Origin: Candidatus Latescibacterota bacterium
GTDB lineage: Bacteria > Latescibacterota > UBA2968
NCBI GenBank assembly: GCA_965116885.1
Contig: OZ220741.1
Location: 2,528,001 to 2,592,000 of the forward strand
Reading direction: 5' to 3'
DNA length: 64,000 bases
Shown piece after piece: positions 29,987-39,542 of the stretch (position 1 is the first letter of the stretch; each line of letters starts with the position of its first letter). Position numbers and translations under genes: made by a program. Under the pieces are notes generated by a model. That model was not told where the DNA came from. It saw only the letters and a list, made by a program, of their open reading frames with translations, and did not search any database.

Positions 29987-30417
29987 AGATTCATCTCCCG
30001 AACAAAAGAGGTTGGATCTAAAACACTAATCCCCTGTATGTTTTGGCTACGCTTGAGGATTCTGTCATCCGTTGTCAAAAAATGACCACATCCTCCAGCT
30101 ATGGCACACGACAAGTGTAAAGCGTCCTTCGGCTTTAGCCCAAGTTTAACCAGATCGTCCGCTTTTTGCAAGATTACAGTCGTTTCCTCAAGATCGATAG
30201 CCGCGTATCGCTTCCAGTTAGTGATTACCGCGCGTCGCTCCTCAAAAGGATTCGCTTCGTTCTCAGAATCGATAATATATGACCAGACAAGTTCCAGCGT
30301 ACCCTCCCGAATATTCTCCTGAATACACAGCTTCGCTTCCGCTTCAAGGCGGACTCTTGTTTGCCCTTGATCATCAAATGGGCGATTGAAACAACAGTTA
30401 TCGAGATAGACTCTCAT
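29983..30417 (-). CDS. PIN-domain ribonuclease toxin (VapC-like)
   Basis: RVYLDNCCFNRPFDD, DALHLSCA, FLTTDD; ATG 30417. Confidence 0.85.
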   Translation of the reverse strand: MRVYLDNCCFNRPFDDQGQTRVRLEAEAKLCIQENIREGTLELVWSYIIDSENEANPFEERRAVITNWKRYAAIDLEETTVILQKADDLVKLGLKPKDALHLSCAIAGGCGHFLTTDDRILKRSQNIQGISVLDPTSFVREMNL

Positions 30418-30473
30418 ATCCGATCTCACATTTTTTGAGGACTTCTGCGGGGGAAAATCAACGGCACTTAACT

Positions 30474-31334
30474 TCAATCATCACCCAATAGCTTCTGTGC
30501 GTTTTGATATGTTATTTTGTCGAATGCTTCTTTCGGCAGGTTCAGGCGTTGTAGATAGTCCATCAGGCGCGTGTCGAAGTAATCCCTTCCAAATAACAGG
30601 CTATCTTGAAAATCGATCAGGAATTGCCTGCCAAATGCTTCGTCTCTGCTGATTGCGGTCAGTCCCGATCCCGCTGAGAGGTCGGCGTATAGATTGTCGT
30701 ATTTTTTGAGCATCTGGGGGACTTTGCCGCCGGGTTCAATTGGACCTGTGGGATAGGCTTCTTTGTCGAATTTGCCGTCGCCGGAAATGTGCGCCCAGAA
30801 TCCCGGGGCGTGGCCGATGAAGTTGGTTTCGGGACATGCGATAATTGCCCGTTCAAATGCTTCGATGCTGCCGCCGTACCACCAGTTTGGTCGCGGGTAA
30901 TCCCCGCGTCCGTGGTCGATGGGATAGTCGAGATGGATTGTGATTGGCAGGCCCATTTCTCCACAGGCATGATATAGTCTGAGGGCATCCGGGTCGTCAA
31001 ATACCACCCGCACCTTTAGTTCGCTGGCAACCCGAATCCCGTGAATTTCTACGGCTGCTTTCAGGCGGTCAATTGCGTCGGGCCGCTTTGGGTGTGGCAT
31101 GTATCCCAGTACAAATCGGTCGGGGGCTGTGCGCCCTACCTGTATCACGTCTTCGAGGGGGATGCACACGCCTGTTGGGGGCAATACTTTGTGATAGCTG
31201 GGACTGTATTCATCTTCTGGCGCTTCCCAGGAAAAGAGCCACATCTGGTCGATGTTTTGCTCGTCCATGTTTTTCAATATTTTTTCGGCGTTGAATCCGT
31301 GCCAGTTTGGGTGATTGTGCGCGTCGATTAACAT
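30474..31334 (-). CDS. Amidohydrolase_2 family metal-dependent hydrolase
   Basis: IDAHNH, PITIH, FIGH, NLYADLSA, LFGRD. Confidence 0.85.
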   Translation of the reverse strand: MLIDAHNHPNWHGFNAEKILKNMDEQNIDQMWLFSWEAPEDEYSPSYHKVLPPTGVCIPLEDVIQVGRTAPDRFVLGYMPHPKRPDAIDRLKAAVEIHGIRVASELKVRVVFDDPDALRLYHACGEMGLPITIHLDYPIDHGRGDYPRPNWWYGGSIEAFERAIIACPETNFIGHAPGFWAHISGDGKFDKEAYPTGPIEPGGKVPQMLKKYDNLYADLSAGSGLTAISRDEAFGRQFLIDFQDSLLFGRDYFDTRLMDYLQRLNLPKEAFDKITYQNAQKLLGDD

Positions 31335-31345
31335 GTGGTCTCCTT

Positions 31346-32419
31346 TCAAACCAGATATTCGCCATCCCGGATGATTTGACGTGTCTTCCCGTCTGCTGAA
31401 ATCAACAGGAGTGACGCCACTTGAATCGGGCTGTCTTTGGCATAGACGATGTCCTGGTGAACAATGTGTGCGGGGGATTTGAATTGTTCTGGCCCAATTG
31501 TGCCGCCGAGATGTTCGCTGCGTCCGTAAGCCCAGTGAAAGCCCGCTTTTTCATCTTCTAAGACATTGCCCCAAACAACGGCTTTGGGATTGCATCCCAG
31601 GGCGAGTTCGGCGATGTTGCCGCGTATTGGATCTTCTTCGAAATAGGCTTTGAAACTCGCGGCCTGTGTTGTTTTGCCCGCGACATCTACTATCCGATTG
31701 TTCTCGACTCGAAATACGATGACATCGCCATTATCACTGACGGGTATTTCGCCTTCCGTGCGGCTCGGTTCGCCCTTTCTTTCTCCTTCGTAGGGGACCT
31801 GGAAACTTTCCCCACTCGGCAAGTTGATGATGGGGAAGTCCGAGTTTGCCTTTTCTCGGGGCAGTTGCCCGTCGTCTTTGTGGGCTTCGCGGTAGCGCAG
31901 GTCAACGGTCCATTTGTGGCCGGTTGAAAAAATAACCCGTGCGGATTCTGCTTCGGAGAGGGCGTCCATTAATATCTGGCAGCGGCGCGCCACTTCGGTA
32001 TAATCCGCAGAGAGTGCGGTTTCTTCCATGCGTCGCGCAACGCCTGGCAATGATGCGGCGCGAAAATCATCGTGTGAACGCGCCCATGCAGATAGGGGTG
32101 CCGTGGCGGAGAATTGCGTGAGTGCATTTACTATTGTCGCACGCGCCAGGCCGTCGCGCAAGGGGATGGGGTCGCCTTTATCGAGGGGCAAATTGCCATT
32201 GTGCGCGCCGGTCGCGGGAAAGGTGATGAGGGGCAGGACGTCAAAGCCGATTTGTTCGCCGAGGGATATCCAGGCCGCACGCCATTCGGCGGCCATTTCT
32301 CTGCGCTCGCGCCAGGTCGCGCTATCGCGCAGTTCACCGTGCGGGACATCGGCTATGACGGCTACTGTTTCGTCGGGTTCGGGATGAAATACATCTGTGA
32401 ATAATTTGTGTAAGTCCAT
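31346..32419 (-). CDS. Aminopeptidase-like protein (M29/thermophilic metalloprotease fold)
   Basis: NLPSGE, NIAELALGCNP, LEDEK, HWAYG, HQDIV. Confidence 0.7.
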   Translation of the reverse strand: MDLHKLFTDVFHPEPDETVAVIADVPHGELRDSATWRERREMAAEWRAAWISLGEQIGFDVLPLITFPATGAHNGNLPLDKGDPIPLRDGLARATIVNALTQFSATAPLSAWARSHDDFRAASLPGVARRMEETALSADYTEVARRCQILMDALSEAESARVIFSTGHKWTVDLRYREAHKDDGQLPREKANSDFPIINLPSGESFQVPYEGERKGEPSRTEGEIPVSDNGDVIVFRVENNRIVDVAGKTTQAASFKAYFEEDPIRGNIAELALGCNPKAVVWGNVLEDEKAGFHWAYGRSEHLGGTIGPEQFKSPAHIVHQDIVYAKDSPIQVASLLLISADGKTRQIIRDGEYLV

Positions 32420-32420
32420 T

Positions 32421-33233
32421 TTACAAATTGTCCAATACAGCGCGCAGTTGCCGCACGCCTTTTAGCATGAGTTCTGGGGATCCCCAGTGTTCGATGCTCA
32501 CGTTGCCCGTATAACCGTCTGACAGGACCATTTTGAGCAGGTCTTCGTATTTTATATCGCTGTCGCGAATGGGGTCCAGCTCTTTGTCGGGGTTGGGTTT
32601 GACGTGCAGGTGGGTGATCCGTCCTTTGATCTGTTCGTAGCCATCTGGGATGGCTTGTTCGCCACATCCGATGCCGTTGTTTACGTCCCAGCAGAAGCTG
32701 AATCCCGATGTGTCGCCCAGGGCGTCGGCAACTGTTCTGGCTTCCGCGCAACTGCCGGCGATGGTCGCGCCTTCATTTTCCAGCGATAGGGTGACGCCTT
32801 CGCGTTCGGCAGTTTTTGCAATGGGTTCGAGAAATGGCACGATGACGTCGAGATAATTCTCAACGCCGGGTCGATTTGCCCGGTCTCCTTTTCGCCGATT
32901 GGGATTCCAGAGGGAAAATCCGCGGATGACGGTTGTATCAAATGCTTTTGCGAGTTCGATCATGCGGTCAAACATGCGCTGGTGTTCGGCTTTTTCTCGG
33001 TCGCTGTCGTGCGCGCATTTGCCCACGGGCGATCCGACGGACATAACCGTTACATTGTACTTTGCGAGTACGTCCTGGACGCGCTGCAATTCGTCGTTGT
33101 CGATTTCCTGGACGCGTTTGCCCCAGATGCCCCCGCGCAGTTCAATGCCCGTTGCACCCGCTTCTACGCCCAGGCGCACAGATTTATCAAAATCAGCTTT
33201 GTCGATTTCATCTGCAAAATAACACAGTTCCAT
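32421..33233 (-). CDS. Sugar phosphate isomerase/epimerase
   Basis: FADEI, IELRG, GSPVGK, IRGFS, LENE, WDVNN, HLHVK, SIEH; ATG 33233 after AGGAGG. Confidence 0.85.
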   Translation of the reverse strand: MELCYFADEIDKADFDKSVRLGVEAGATGIELRGGIWGKRVQEIDNDELQRVQDVLAKYNVTVMSVGSPVGKCAHDSDREKAEHQRMFDRMIELAKAFDTTVIRGFSLWNPNRRKGDRANRPGVENYLDVIVPFLEPIAKTAEREGVTLSLENEGATIAGSCAEARTVADALGDTSGFSFCWDVNNGIGCGEQAIPDGYEQIKGRITHLHVKPNPDKELDPIRDSDIKYEDLLKMVLSDGYTGNVSIEHWGSPELMLKGVRQLRAVLDNL

Positions 33234-33310
33234 CCGTTCCTCCTGTGAGTGGTTATACGAATCTACGGAGCGTTGTACAACTGGTTCAGGCCAGTTCATC
33301 GGCAAATCAA

Positions 33311-33338
33311 TGTAGGGGCGGTGCCCCTGTGCCCGCCC
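33311..33338 (+). repeat. GTAG-type REP copy
   Basis: TGTAGGGGCGGTGCCCCTGTGCCCGCCC. Confidence 0.85.
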
Positions 33339-33453
33339 GTAGGGTGGCTTGGCTACAATAAATATAATATCTCCCTTCACAGTCAAAGAAAAACGCGACC
33401 CACAGGTGTTTATTTTTAATTTTTAATTTCTGGTTTTTAATTATCATGATTGT

Positions 33454-33774
33454 ATGAACGAACAGACGCGAAAGAAAATTCTGCAATCCACACCACACCC
33501 GAAGGGGATTCGCAAGGTGGATAGAAAACGCCTGCTGGCACAATTGTCCCAGGCTGATCCACCGCCCGATTACGACCGGTATATACGATCCAAGTCATGG
33601 CAGATTAAGAGGCAGAAGTTTCTCACCCATTACAATTGCCAGTGCGTTTTGTGCGGGAGTAAAGCGCATTTGCATGTGCATCACTTGCACTACAAGACGC
33701 TGGGGAATGAGGGTGTGGAGGATGTGATTGTCTGTTGCAGGCGTTGTCATTTTATAGAGCACTTTAAGAAGTGA
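33454..33774 (+). CDS. Small HNH endonuclease
   Basis: Y..YI.S..W...R, CxxC, VHHLHY, CxxCH...H. Confidence 0.8.
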   Translation: MNEQTRKKILQSTPHPKGIRKVDRKRLLAQLSQADPPPDYDRYIRSKSWQIKRQKFLTHYNCQCVLCGSKAHLHVHHLHYKTLGNEGVEDVIVCCRRCHFIEHFKK

Positions 33775-33789
33775 TCCAGCGGTTTTGTC

Positions 33790-33854
33790 TGTCATCGCGG
33801 CATGCTTAAAGCCGCGATCCAGTATTTTGTAGGGGCGGGCCCCCGTGCCCGCCC
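33790..33854 (+). repeat. TGTCA...TCCA palindrome followed by a GTAG-type REP
   Basis: TGTCATCGCGGCATGCTTAAAGCCGCGATCCA (33790-33821); TGTAGGGGCGGGCCCCCGTGCCCGCCC (33828-33854). Confidence 0.75.
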
Positions 33855-33872
33855 GCACTTCCGGAGATTTTT

Positions 33873-35153
33873 ATGCCGAATATTATAATTATTACCACGC
33901 ACGATACAGGTCGGCATTTTGGGTGTTATGGTGTCGATACGGTGCATACACCCGCGATTGATGCGATTGCCGATGATGGGTTCAAGTTTACCAATTATTT
34001 TACGACGAGTCCGGTGTGTAGTCCCAGCCGGGGGGCTATGCTTACGGGGCGCTATCCGCAGAGCAATGGGTTGATTGGGTTGACGCATTCGCCGTGGGAT
34101 TGGTGTTTTAATGAGGGCGAGCGACACCTTTCGCATATTTTGCGCGATGCGGGCTATTACACGGCTCTTTTTGGGTTGCAGCACGAGGCGTCCAATACTG
34201 AGGATTTGGGTTTTGAAGCGTCTTTTGCACAGCGCGATGAAACGGGTCGCCGCGCAAACGCGCTTGTGGTTGCCCAGGCTCTGGGGGATTTTCTCAGGGC
34301 TGACGCGGGTTCCAAGACGCCGTTTTATGCACAAGTCGGTTTTTTTGAGACGCATCGTCCGCACGATTTTGGCGATGTGGGGCCTGATGATAGTAAGGGT
34401 ATTGATGTGCCGCCTTATCTGGTTGATGACGAGACGTCGCGCCGGGAACTCGCTTTGCAACAAGGTGCGATTCGCCGCGTTGATGAGGCGGTTCAGATTA
34501 TTGCCGATGCATTGAGGGAGAGTGGGTTGGAAGACGATACGCTGCTGGTTTTTACGGTTGATCACGGTATTGAATTTCCCCGGGCGAAGTGGTTTTGCTA
34601 TGACGCGGGTATTGGCGTTGCATTGCTTATGCGCTGGCCCGGTGGGGGTGTTCGGGGTGGACGGAGCTGTGACCATTTGCTCAGCAATGTCGATTTTTTG
34701 CCCACGCTTATGGATCTCATAGATCAGCCCATTCCGGATAATGTGGAGGGTTTGAGTTTCGCCAGTGTGTTCAAAAGTCCGGATGCGGAACCCACGCGGG
34801 ATGCGGCTTTTTCGATTTTTCAGGGTAGCGATAGTCGGAGTGTTCGCACCGATCGCTATAAGTTTATTCGCAATTTCAGTCCGCGGCGTCTGATAGATGT
34901 GCCCGTGGATATGACCGATCCCCCAAGGCCGCGCATCAAACAGCCGGTGGCGCAACTCTACGATCTGGAGAAGGATCCCAACGAATTTGAGGATGTCGCC
35001 GATAAACCCGAATACCGGGATGTTTATAATGCGTTGAGCCAGCGCCTGTGGCGATGGATGGAAGATGTGAATGATCCGTCACTCAAGAGTCCGATTCCCA
35101 CGCCGTATTATTGGGAGGCGATGGCAGAATATAACACGAGAAAGGAAGGGTAA
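33873..35153 (+). CDS. Sulfatase (Cys-type, formylglycine)
   Basis: PNIIIITTHD, CSPSRGAMLTGRY, DHG, LYDLEKDPNE. Confidence 0.93.
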   Translation: MPNIIIITTHDTGRHFGCYGVDTVHTPAIDAIADDGFKFTNYFTTSPVCSPSRGAMLTGRYPQSNGLIGLTHSPWDWCFNEGERHLSHILRDAGYYTALFGLQHEASNTEDLGFEASFAQRDETGRRANALVVAQALGDFLRADAGSKTPFYAQVGFFETHRPHDFGDVGPDDSKGIDVPPYLVDDETSRRELALQQGAIRRVDEAVQIIADALRESGLEDDTLLVFTVDHGIEFPRAKWFCYDAGIGVALLMRWPGGGVRGGRSCDHLLSNVDFLPTLMDLIDQPIPDNVEGLSFASVFKSPDAEPTRDAAFSIFQGSDSRSVRTDRYKFIRNFSPRRLIDVPVDMTDPPRPRIKQPVAQLYDLEKDPNEFEDVADKPEYRDVYNALSQRLWRWMEDVNDPSLKSPIPTPYYWEAMAEYNTRKEG

Positions 35154-36358
35154 TGTCCAGAGGAAAAATTGTAAATCTCGCGCTCGTCGGCTGTGGCGGT
35201 ATTGCCGGCGGGCATCTTCGGCGGTATGGAGAGCTTATTGACAGTGGTGAAGATCGTTTTCGCATTGTCGCCACGGTTGATAGCGATATCAGTCGCGCAC
35301 AGGCATTTGCCGATCAGATTAATGGCAAGACCGGGTGGGAGGTCAATAGTTATCTCTCGGTTGAGGATCTGCTCAATTCAGAGTCCAATTTCGATGGGGC
35401 CGATATATGCAGTCCCCATGGCCTTCATCACGTGCTCGCCTGCGAGTTGCTCGAAGGCGGTGTGAATATTTTGTGTGAGAAGCCCATTGGTATAACGGTT
35501 AAAGCCACGCAGAAAATTATCGATACAGCCAGGCGCCATCAGAAGATCGCCGCGAATGCCGAGCAGTGTCGGCGCAGTGTTGGACAGCGCACGATTCACT
35601 GGGCGTTTAACGGTGGTCCGCTCGGCGAACCCAGATTGTGGTACGCGATCAGGTCGGGGTGGCAGGATCCCGCAGATTATCCCGATTGGCACTGGCGCGT
35701 GGATCGCAAACTGGGCGGTTGCGGGATGGTTATGGATAGCGGTGCGCACTGGGTGGATACGATGCGCTACTGGTTTGGGGAAGTGGAGAGTGTTTATGCG
35801 CGTGTGGAACAAATGGAACAGCGTCCCCATAAGAAAGGCGATGATCTGGTCGATGACAGCCGCGAGGATTTTTGGACCAGTATTTTCAATTTTGAAAGTG
35901 GCGTGATCGGCACGTGGTCGTGGACGGTTAGCGCGCCGGGGAAGGGTTTTACACAACTCAATCTCACCGGGAGCAAGGGTACGATTGTCGAGAGCGATAT
36001 TTTTCATCCGGCAGCGTCTCAGGCGCGCGGTGAATGCAATTTTATAGATGGCACGGCTTATGGCGTGTCCCAGCTTCAGGATATGTTTCTGGATTCACTG
36101 AGTCAGGGTGAAAAGGACCGCCTCTTTCCCTATGGGCTAACCGATGGCATGGCGATTGAGTTGTGGGATTTTATCGATGCTCTGAGTGTTGGGCGCGATG
36201 TGGAAATCGATGCGGAAGAGGGGCTTAAGAGCAAGGCCGTGAGCGAGGCAATTTACGAGTCTGGGAAAAGCGGACAGGTCGTCAAGGTGGGCGATGTGGT
36301 GTCCGGAAAGGTCTGCGCGTATCAGGAGGATATTGATCAGATGTGGGGTTTGGCGTGA
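35153..36358 (+). CDS. Gfo/Idh/MocA oxidoreductase
   Basis: VGCGGIA, LCEKP, GMVMDSGAHWVD. Confidence 0.9.
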   Translation: MSRGKIVNLALVGCGGIAGGHLRRYGELIDSGEDRFRIVATVDSDISRAQAFADQINGKTGWEVNSYLSVEDLLNSESNFDGADICSPHGLHHVLACELLEGGVNILCEKPIGITVKATQKIIDTARRHQKIAANAEQCRRSVGQRTIHWAFNGGPLGEPRLWYAIRSGWQDPADYPDWHWRVDRKLGGCGMVMDSGAHWVDTMRYWFGEVESVYARVEQMEQRPHKKGDDLVDDSREDFWTSIFNFESGVIGTWSWTVSAPGKGFTQLNLTGSKGTIVESDIFHPAASQARGECNFIDGTAYGVSQLQDMFLDSLSQGEKDRLFPYGLTDGMAIELWDFIDALSVGRDVEIDAEEGLKSKAVSEAIYESGKSGQVVKVGDVVSGKVCAYQEDIDQMWGLA

Positions 36359-36378
36359 GGGTTGGATGGGTGACTGCT

Positions 36379-36423
36379 GAAAAAACAGGCCGCGGTCTCA
36401 AGGGATCGCGGCCCGATTTTTTT
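36379..36423. terminator. Bidirectional terminator between convergent genes
   Basis: GGCCGCGGTC-TCAAGG-GATCGCGGCC flanked by A6 and T7. Confidence 0.7.
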
Positions 36424-36815
36424 CACGCATTTCCCGGACGACCGATTTCGATGAGGTTGCCATCCGGGTCGTGTACGAAAACATAGCGCGTGCCGTCGTG
36501 TGGACGCACGCCGGGACCGGAGGCAACGCGCACGCGTTCGCGGTCGAGCGAGGTGATGACGCGATCGAAGTCATCGACTTCAAAGGCGATGTGGCGGCGC
36601 GAGGGGCGGGGGTATTCCTCGGCGAGGATCAGGTGAATTTCGATGTCGCCACAGCGATACCAGGCACCTGCAAAGTCGTAATCTGGCCGGGGAATGGGTT
36701 GCAGCCCCAGGAGCTTTTCGTAAAATGCCGATGCGCGCTCGAGGTTACCTGTAACCAATGTGATGTGGCTGACGCGGGTGATGCCCACACCAGCCGATTC
36801 CATGCGATTGGCCAC
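36423..36815 (-). CDS. VOC/glyoxalase family protein
   Basis: HITL, AFYEKLLGL, HIAF, DPDGNLIEI. Confidence 0.88.
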   Translation of the reverse strand: MANRMESAGVGITRVSHITLVTGNLERASAFYEKLLGLQPIPRPDYDFAGAWYRCGDIEIHLILAEEYPRPSRRHIAFEVDDFDRVITSLDRERVRVASGPGVRPHDGTRYVFVHDPDGNLIEIGRPGNA

Positions 36816-36819
36816 CGGA

Positions 36820-37701
36820 TCAATTCTCCATCAGTAAGGTTCTCATTTTTCGCATACGAGAGGGATGTTTGAGTGCCGCCAGGGCTTTGTCGCGTATCTG
36901 GCGCACGCGCTCTTTGGTCAGGTTGAGGATGTTGCCAATTTGCTCCAGCGTCATTGTTTCACCGCTGTTAATGCCAAAATAGAGGCGCAATACGCGAGCA
37001 TCGCGCGGAGCCAATGTGTTGAGCGCGGTGTGTATTTCCTCTGCCATAGAGTTTTCGAGCATGGCCTCTTCGGGGGTTTCCTGATCGTTGTCTGACAACA
37101 TTTCCAGCAAGCTGGTGTCAGGACCGTCTTCAAGAGGCATGTCATAAGAAATATGCCACCGCGAAGCGCTGAGGAGGTCTTGTACTTGTTTGGGGTGCAA
37201 TTCGGCCTGTGCGGCGATTTCTTCGATACGCGGTTCGCGCCCCAGCGATTGTTTGAGTTCCGAGGATATGCGTTCCAATTTGCTCAGGTGTTTGATTTTG
37301 TTGACGGGCAGTCGCACCATGCGGGCTTTTTCCGCCAATGCGGATAAGATACCCTGCCGGATCCACCAGACTGCATACGTGGTGAATTTGACACCAACGG
37401 TTTCGTCATAGCGGGTAGCTGCGCGCACAAGCCCCATGTTCCCTTCTGCAATGAGGTCTTCCAGGAGCAAGCCGCGTCCCTGATATTCTTTGGCTATGGT
37501 AATGACAAATCGCAAATTGGATTCGATCATTTTATTGAGGCTTTTGCGATCCCCTGCGCGGATGCGCTTGGCCAGATCAATTTCTTCCTGTGGCGTGAGC
37601 AATTCGCTATAGGCGATGTCTTTGAAATAGAGTTCCAGTGCAGAACTACTGCCTCCATTTGTTCTGGTTGAGGTGCTGGAACTCATGAGTGCGGCAGACA
37701 T
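36820..37701 (-). CDS. RNA polymerase sigma-70 factor, group 2/RpoD-like lacking region 1.1
   Basis: NLRFVITIAKEY, DLIAEGNMGL, KFTTYAVWWIRQ, TLEQIG..LTKERVRQI. Confidence 0.93.
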   Translation of the reverse strand: MSAALMSSSTSTRTNGGSSSALELYFKDIAYSELLTPQEEIDLAKRIRAGDRKSLNKMIESNLRFVITIAKEYQGRGLLLEDLIAEGNMGLVRAATRYDETVGVKFTTYAVWWIRQGILSALAEKARMVRLPVNKIKHLSKLERISSELKQSLGREPRIEEIAAQAELHPKQVQDLLSASRWHISYDMPLEDGPDTSLLEMLSDNDQETPEEAMLENSMAEEIHTALNTLAPRDARVLRLYFGINSGETMTLEQIGNILNLTKERVRQIRDKALAALKHPSRMRKMRTLLMEN

Positions 37702-38017
37702 GTATTTCCCCCGTGACTGAGAAAACGACTCTCTTGATCGAGTGTCTTGTGTTTCAACTCGTCAAAGGTGTACAATAGCATAAGCTGTGACACCTTCCGA
37801 CTCCTGTATGGGAGAGAATCGGTTGTTGTCAGAATATATGGCACATCGATCATGGGGAGACCAATGGCCTGATTATGTGACAACCTGGTTTAGGGGAGTG
37901 TTACTTTGGGGAGTCGATCTGGATGGGGAAACGACCACGAGCCGCAGGGGAGCGGTGTGCTCGACCAAATCATAGTGTGGGGCAAGTATTGAGGGGAAAA
38001 ATAATACTTGGGCAGAC

Positions 38018-38046
38018 AAGATAGCGGATTCAATTCTGTAATGCAA
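38018..38046 (-). promoter_or_regulatory. Sigma-70-like promoter for the sigma factor gene
   Basis: Minus strand TTGCAT-N17-TATCTT. Confidence 0.55.
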
Positions 38047-38198
38047 CCCTTTTTCTATACCATTCTCCTGATATTTTGAAACTCAAGGCCATATTTTTTA
38101 GTTTTTTTAATGAAATACTTATTGGCATGTTGAGAGAAAATAATAAATAGAGTTTTATTTGTCAATAAATAACTCTTGTTTAACAAGTTACAGGCTTG

Positions 38199-38717
38199 CT
38201 ACTGGCCCTCGGTAGTGTCTGTGCCGTTGAGTCCTCGCTGGGCGAGGTCGCGGTCGAGTAAGAACAAGCCGTTGCCCTCTATGCCGACCAGCTTGATCGT
38301 GTCGATCAATTCTCTGACAATGGCTTCTTCTTCGACTTGTTCGGCAATAAACCACTGTAGAAAGGTATGGGTGGCGTGGTCGCGTTCGGACAGGGCGAGA
38401 TCGGCGATGTTGTAGATGCTTTGAGAGACTTTTTGCTCCTGGGCAAGGGAATCTTCAAATACTTCTAATGGGCTGTCCCAACTTTGTTTGGGGGTCTCAA
38501 TGGCGCTAAAGCGTATATCGGCTTCGCGGTCGTCGAGAAAATCGTATATTTTCATGCCATGGGTGAGTTCTTCCTGGGCTTGAACGCGCATCCAATGGGC
38601 AAAGCCGTTGAGATTTTGCGTGAGAAAATACGCGGACATTGCCAGATAACTATACGCCGAGTAATATTCCATATTGAGTTGTGCATTGAGCGCGGCGGTT
38701 ATGTTTGTGTTAATCAT
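38199..38717 (-). CDS. ftnA: Non-heme ferritin
   Basis: E..S...YL.M, EELTH, QEQKV, FLQWFIAEQVEEE; ATG 38717 after AGGAGG. Confidence 0.92.
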   Translation of the reverse strand: MINTNITAALNAQLNMEYYSAYSYLAMSAYFLTQNLNGFAHWMRVQAQEELTHGMKIYDFLDDREADIRFSAIETPKQSWDSPLEVFEDSLAQEQKVSQSIYNIADLALSERDHATHTFLQWFIAEQVEEEAIVRELIDTIKLVGIEGNGLFLLDRDLAQRGLNGTDTTEGQ

Positions 38718-38982
38718 GGTGTCCTCCTGTTGCGAGAGGGAGAAAAAAGCAGTATCCAAAAGGGGGAGGGTAAGTATAAGAAAAATATGGGTTTTGTCAA
38801 CCTATTAAAATAATTTGTTGATTATACGTTATTTAGAGCAATAAATCCCCAATGGTGTAGTGAATTTTTCTATTGATTCTTTTTGCGAAATTGCGTAAAA
38901 CTTTAGCAACTTTTAGACGTGGAGCATTTGACTACCCTATTGTGGCCCATAAGTCACCCAACAGGAGGTTTGTTTTTTTCTT

Positions 38983-39462
38983 ATGATTCCCCAAAAGGTC
39001 CTCATGGCCTTGAACGAGCAACTCAATTTTGAGTTTCATTCGGCGTTTCACTATCTCGCCATGGAGACGTATTTTCACGGGGTAAATCTGCCCGGGTTTG
39101 CCCATTATATGCGCGAGCAATACAAGGAAGAACGGATGCACGCGCTCAAGATTGTGGATTATATCAATGCGCGGAACTGCCGGGTTCTGCTCAAGCAGAT
39201 CGCCGAACCCCCTTCTGAATGGGCATCTCCTCTGGAGGTTTTTGAAGATGCGCATCGGCAAGAGCAGAAATCCAGTGGGATGATCAATGATCTGGTCGAT
39301 CTCGCACTGAATGAGCGCGACCATGCAACGGAGATTTTCTTGAAGTGGTTTATCGAGAAGCAGGTAGAAGAGGAGGCGCAAATCAGCAGTATTGTGCAAA
39401 AGTTGAAGCTGGTGGGCGATGACGCTTATGGATTGTTTTTACTGGATCGAGATATGGGGTGA
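38983..39462 (+). CDS. Non-heme ferritin, second divergent paralogue
   Basis: E..S...YL.M, EERMH, FLKWFIEKQVEEE. Confidence 0.9.
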   Translation: MIPQKVLMALNEQLNFEFHSAFHYLAMETYFHGVNLPGFAHYMREQYKEERMHALKIVDYINARNCRVLLKQIAEPPSEWASPLEVFEDAHRQEQKSSGMINDLVDLALNERDHATEIFLKWFIEKQVEEEAQISSIVQKLKLVGDDAYGLFLLDRDMG

Positions 39463-39507
39463 TAGATACTTGTATCTGCTGGAGACTAAAATGGTTGCGC
39501 CACAGAG

Positions 39508-39542
39508 AAGCACCCTAAGATTGCACTGAGGGTGCTTTTTTA
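39508..39542 (+). terminator. Intrinsic terminator
   Basis: AAGCACCCT-N12-AGGGTGCTT followed by a T run. Confidence 0.7.
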
